64,000 nt of DNA, taken from assembly GCA_041164425.1 (NCBI GenBank), contig JBEAPO010000127.1, positions 47,586 to 111,585 on the forward strand, given 5' to 3'. Both the position numbers and the translations under genes were made by a program. Below are positions 63,677 to 64,000 of the stretch, in pieces. Positions within the stretch are counted from its first letter, which is position 1. Each line of letters starts with the position of its first letter. The notes beneath the pieces were generated by a model. It searched no databases. It saw only the letters and a list, made by a program, of their open reading frames with translations, and was not told the origin of the DNA. The DNA is from Actinomycetota bacterium (GTDB taxonomy: Bacteria; Actinomycetota; Acidimicrobiia; Acidimicrobiales; Ilumatobacteraceae).

Positions 63677-64000
63677 CGAACTTCGCGCGGCGATCGCCGC
63701 ACACGGTGGACCAATCCCGTTCCACCGGTTCATCGAAATCGCGCTGTACGGCGAACACGGCTTCTATGCCACCAGCGGTGCGGCCGGACGGCGTGGCGAC
63801 TTCATCACGTCCGCAGAGGTCGGCCCGCTCTTCGGTGCGGTCATCGCCCGTGCGCTCGATGCGTGGTGGCGGGAAATGGGAGAACCCGATGACTTCACGG
63901 TTGTCGAGGCAGGAGCCGGGCCCGGCACGCTGGCGCGCGCGATCCTCGCGGCCGCACCGATGTGCCTCGAAAAAGGCCGTTACATCGCCGTCGAGGTTTC
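63660..64000 (+). CDS. MidA/NDUFAF7-family (DUF185, COG1565) SAM-dependent methyltransferase, N-terminal part (runs off the window)
   Basis: Absent from the track because it is partial. GTG at 63660 overlaps the nuoN2 3' end by 17 nt. Product: VSSAADELRAAIAAHGGPIPFHRFIEIALYGEHGFYATSGAAGRRGDFITSAEVGPLFGAVIARALDAWW...VVEAGAGPGTLA. The PI-F-FME-ALY...GYY and GDF-T-PE---LFG patterns, followed by a GxGxG SAM motif, fit the family. Confidence 0.7.
   Translation, partial: MSSAADELRAAIAAHGGPIPFHRFIEIALYGEHGFYATSGAAGRRGDFITSAEVGPLFGAVIARALDAWWREMGEPDDFTVVEAGAGPGTLARAILAAAPMCLEKGRYIAVEV

Noticed and set aside
1-64000. Search for mobile elements, prophage or defence islands, tRNA, rRNA and CRISPR.
   Set aside because: No integrase, transposase, Cas or restriction-like motifs were recognised. 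No tRNA-like cloverleaf was seen in the few intergenic gaps. Apart from 18109-18424 there is no compositional break. The window looks like conserved core chromosome.

Overview
High-GC actinobacterial chromosomal core segment. The mycothiol gene mshA, GlnR, eukaryote-type GSII and a Rex-hem operon indicate Actinobacteria. The organisation may be Acidimicrobiia-like, but the taxon cannot be fixed without a database search. All calls come from reading the ORF-track translations and raw sequence against remembered family motifs; no searches were run. I found no rRNA, tRNA, CRISPR array, transposase or integrase. Many long ORFs in the track are antisense or out-of-frame artefacts typical of high-GC DNA, and several real genes start well inside the listed ORFs, so starts were re-derived by hand.

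Gene content in order:
- selA (partial), fxsA, a NUDIX hydrolase, an Mrp/ApbC Fe-S carrier, an IscA/HesB protein and a Tat lipoprotein.
- A RidA protein with a lysine-rich repeat tail, an amidohydrolase and a GDT1-family transporter.
- A nitrogen block: glnR, glnA, glnII and nadE.
- An MFS transporter, a histidine phosphatase, an orphan MoaD-like protein, an RsiG-like protein, an XRE regulator, mshA, a YbjN protein and proC.
- A 316-nt AT-flanked intergenic region (18109-18424) carrying a structured candidate sRNA or leader.
- A DUF62 SAM hydrolase, fadD and a membrane protein.
- rex-hemA-hemC-hemD-hemB-hemL.
- A MenJ-like reductase and a monoheme cytochrome c.
- A roughly 33-kb respiratory block: a Rieske/split-cytochrome-b complex with a 2x[4Fe-4S] ferredoxin and a diheme cytochrome c; directly abutting it, a complete 14-gene nuoA-N operon; then ilvA and a GATase; then a second 11-gene nuo operon lacking nuoEFG; and finally a partial MidA/NDUFAF7-type methyltransferase gene.

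Most interesting observations:
1. The midA homologue overlaps the end of the 11-subunit nuo operon. Only that operon's NuoD keeps the Arg of the H-R-G-x-E-K motif.
2. The bc complex is non-canonical for an actinobacterium. Two of the associated membrane redox proteins share the N-terminal peptide MTEIPEHLLKR.
3. NuoL of the second operon carries His-rich and acidic insertions.
4. The intergenic RNA element has tetraloop hairpins, a strong terminator and a 9-nt loop-to-loop complementarity.
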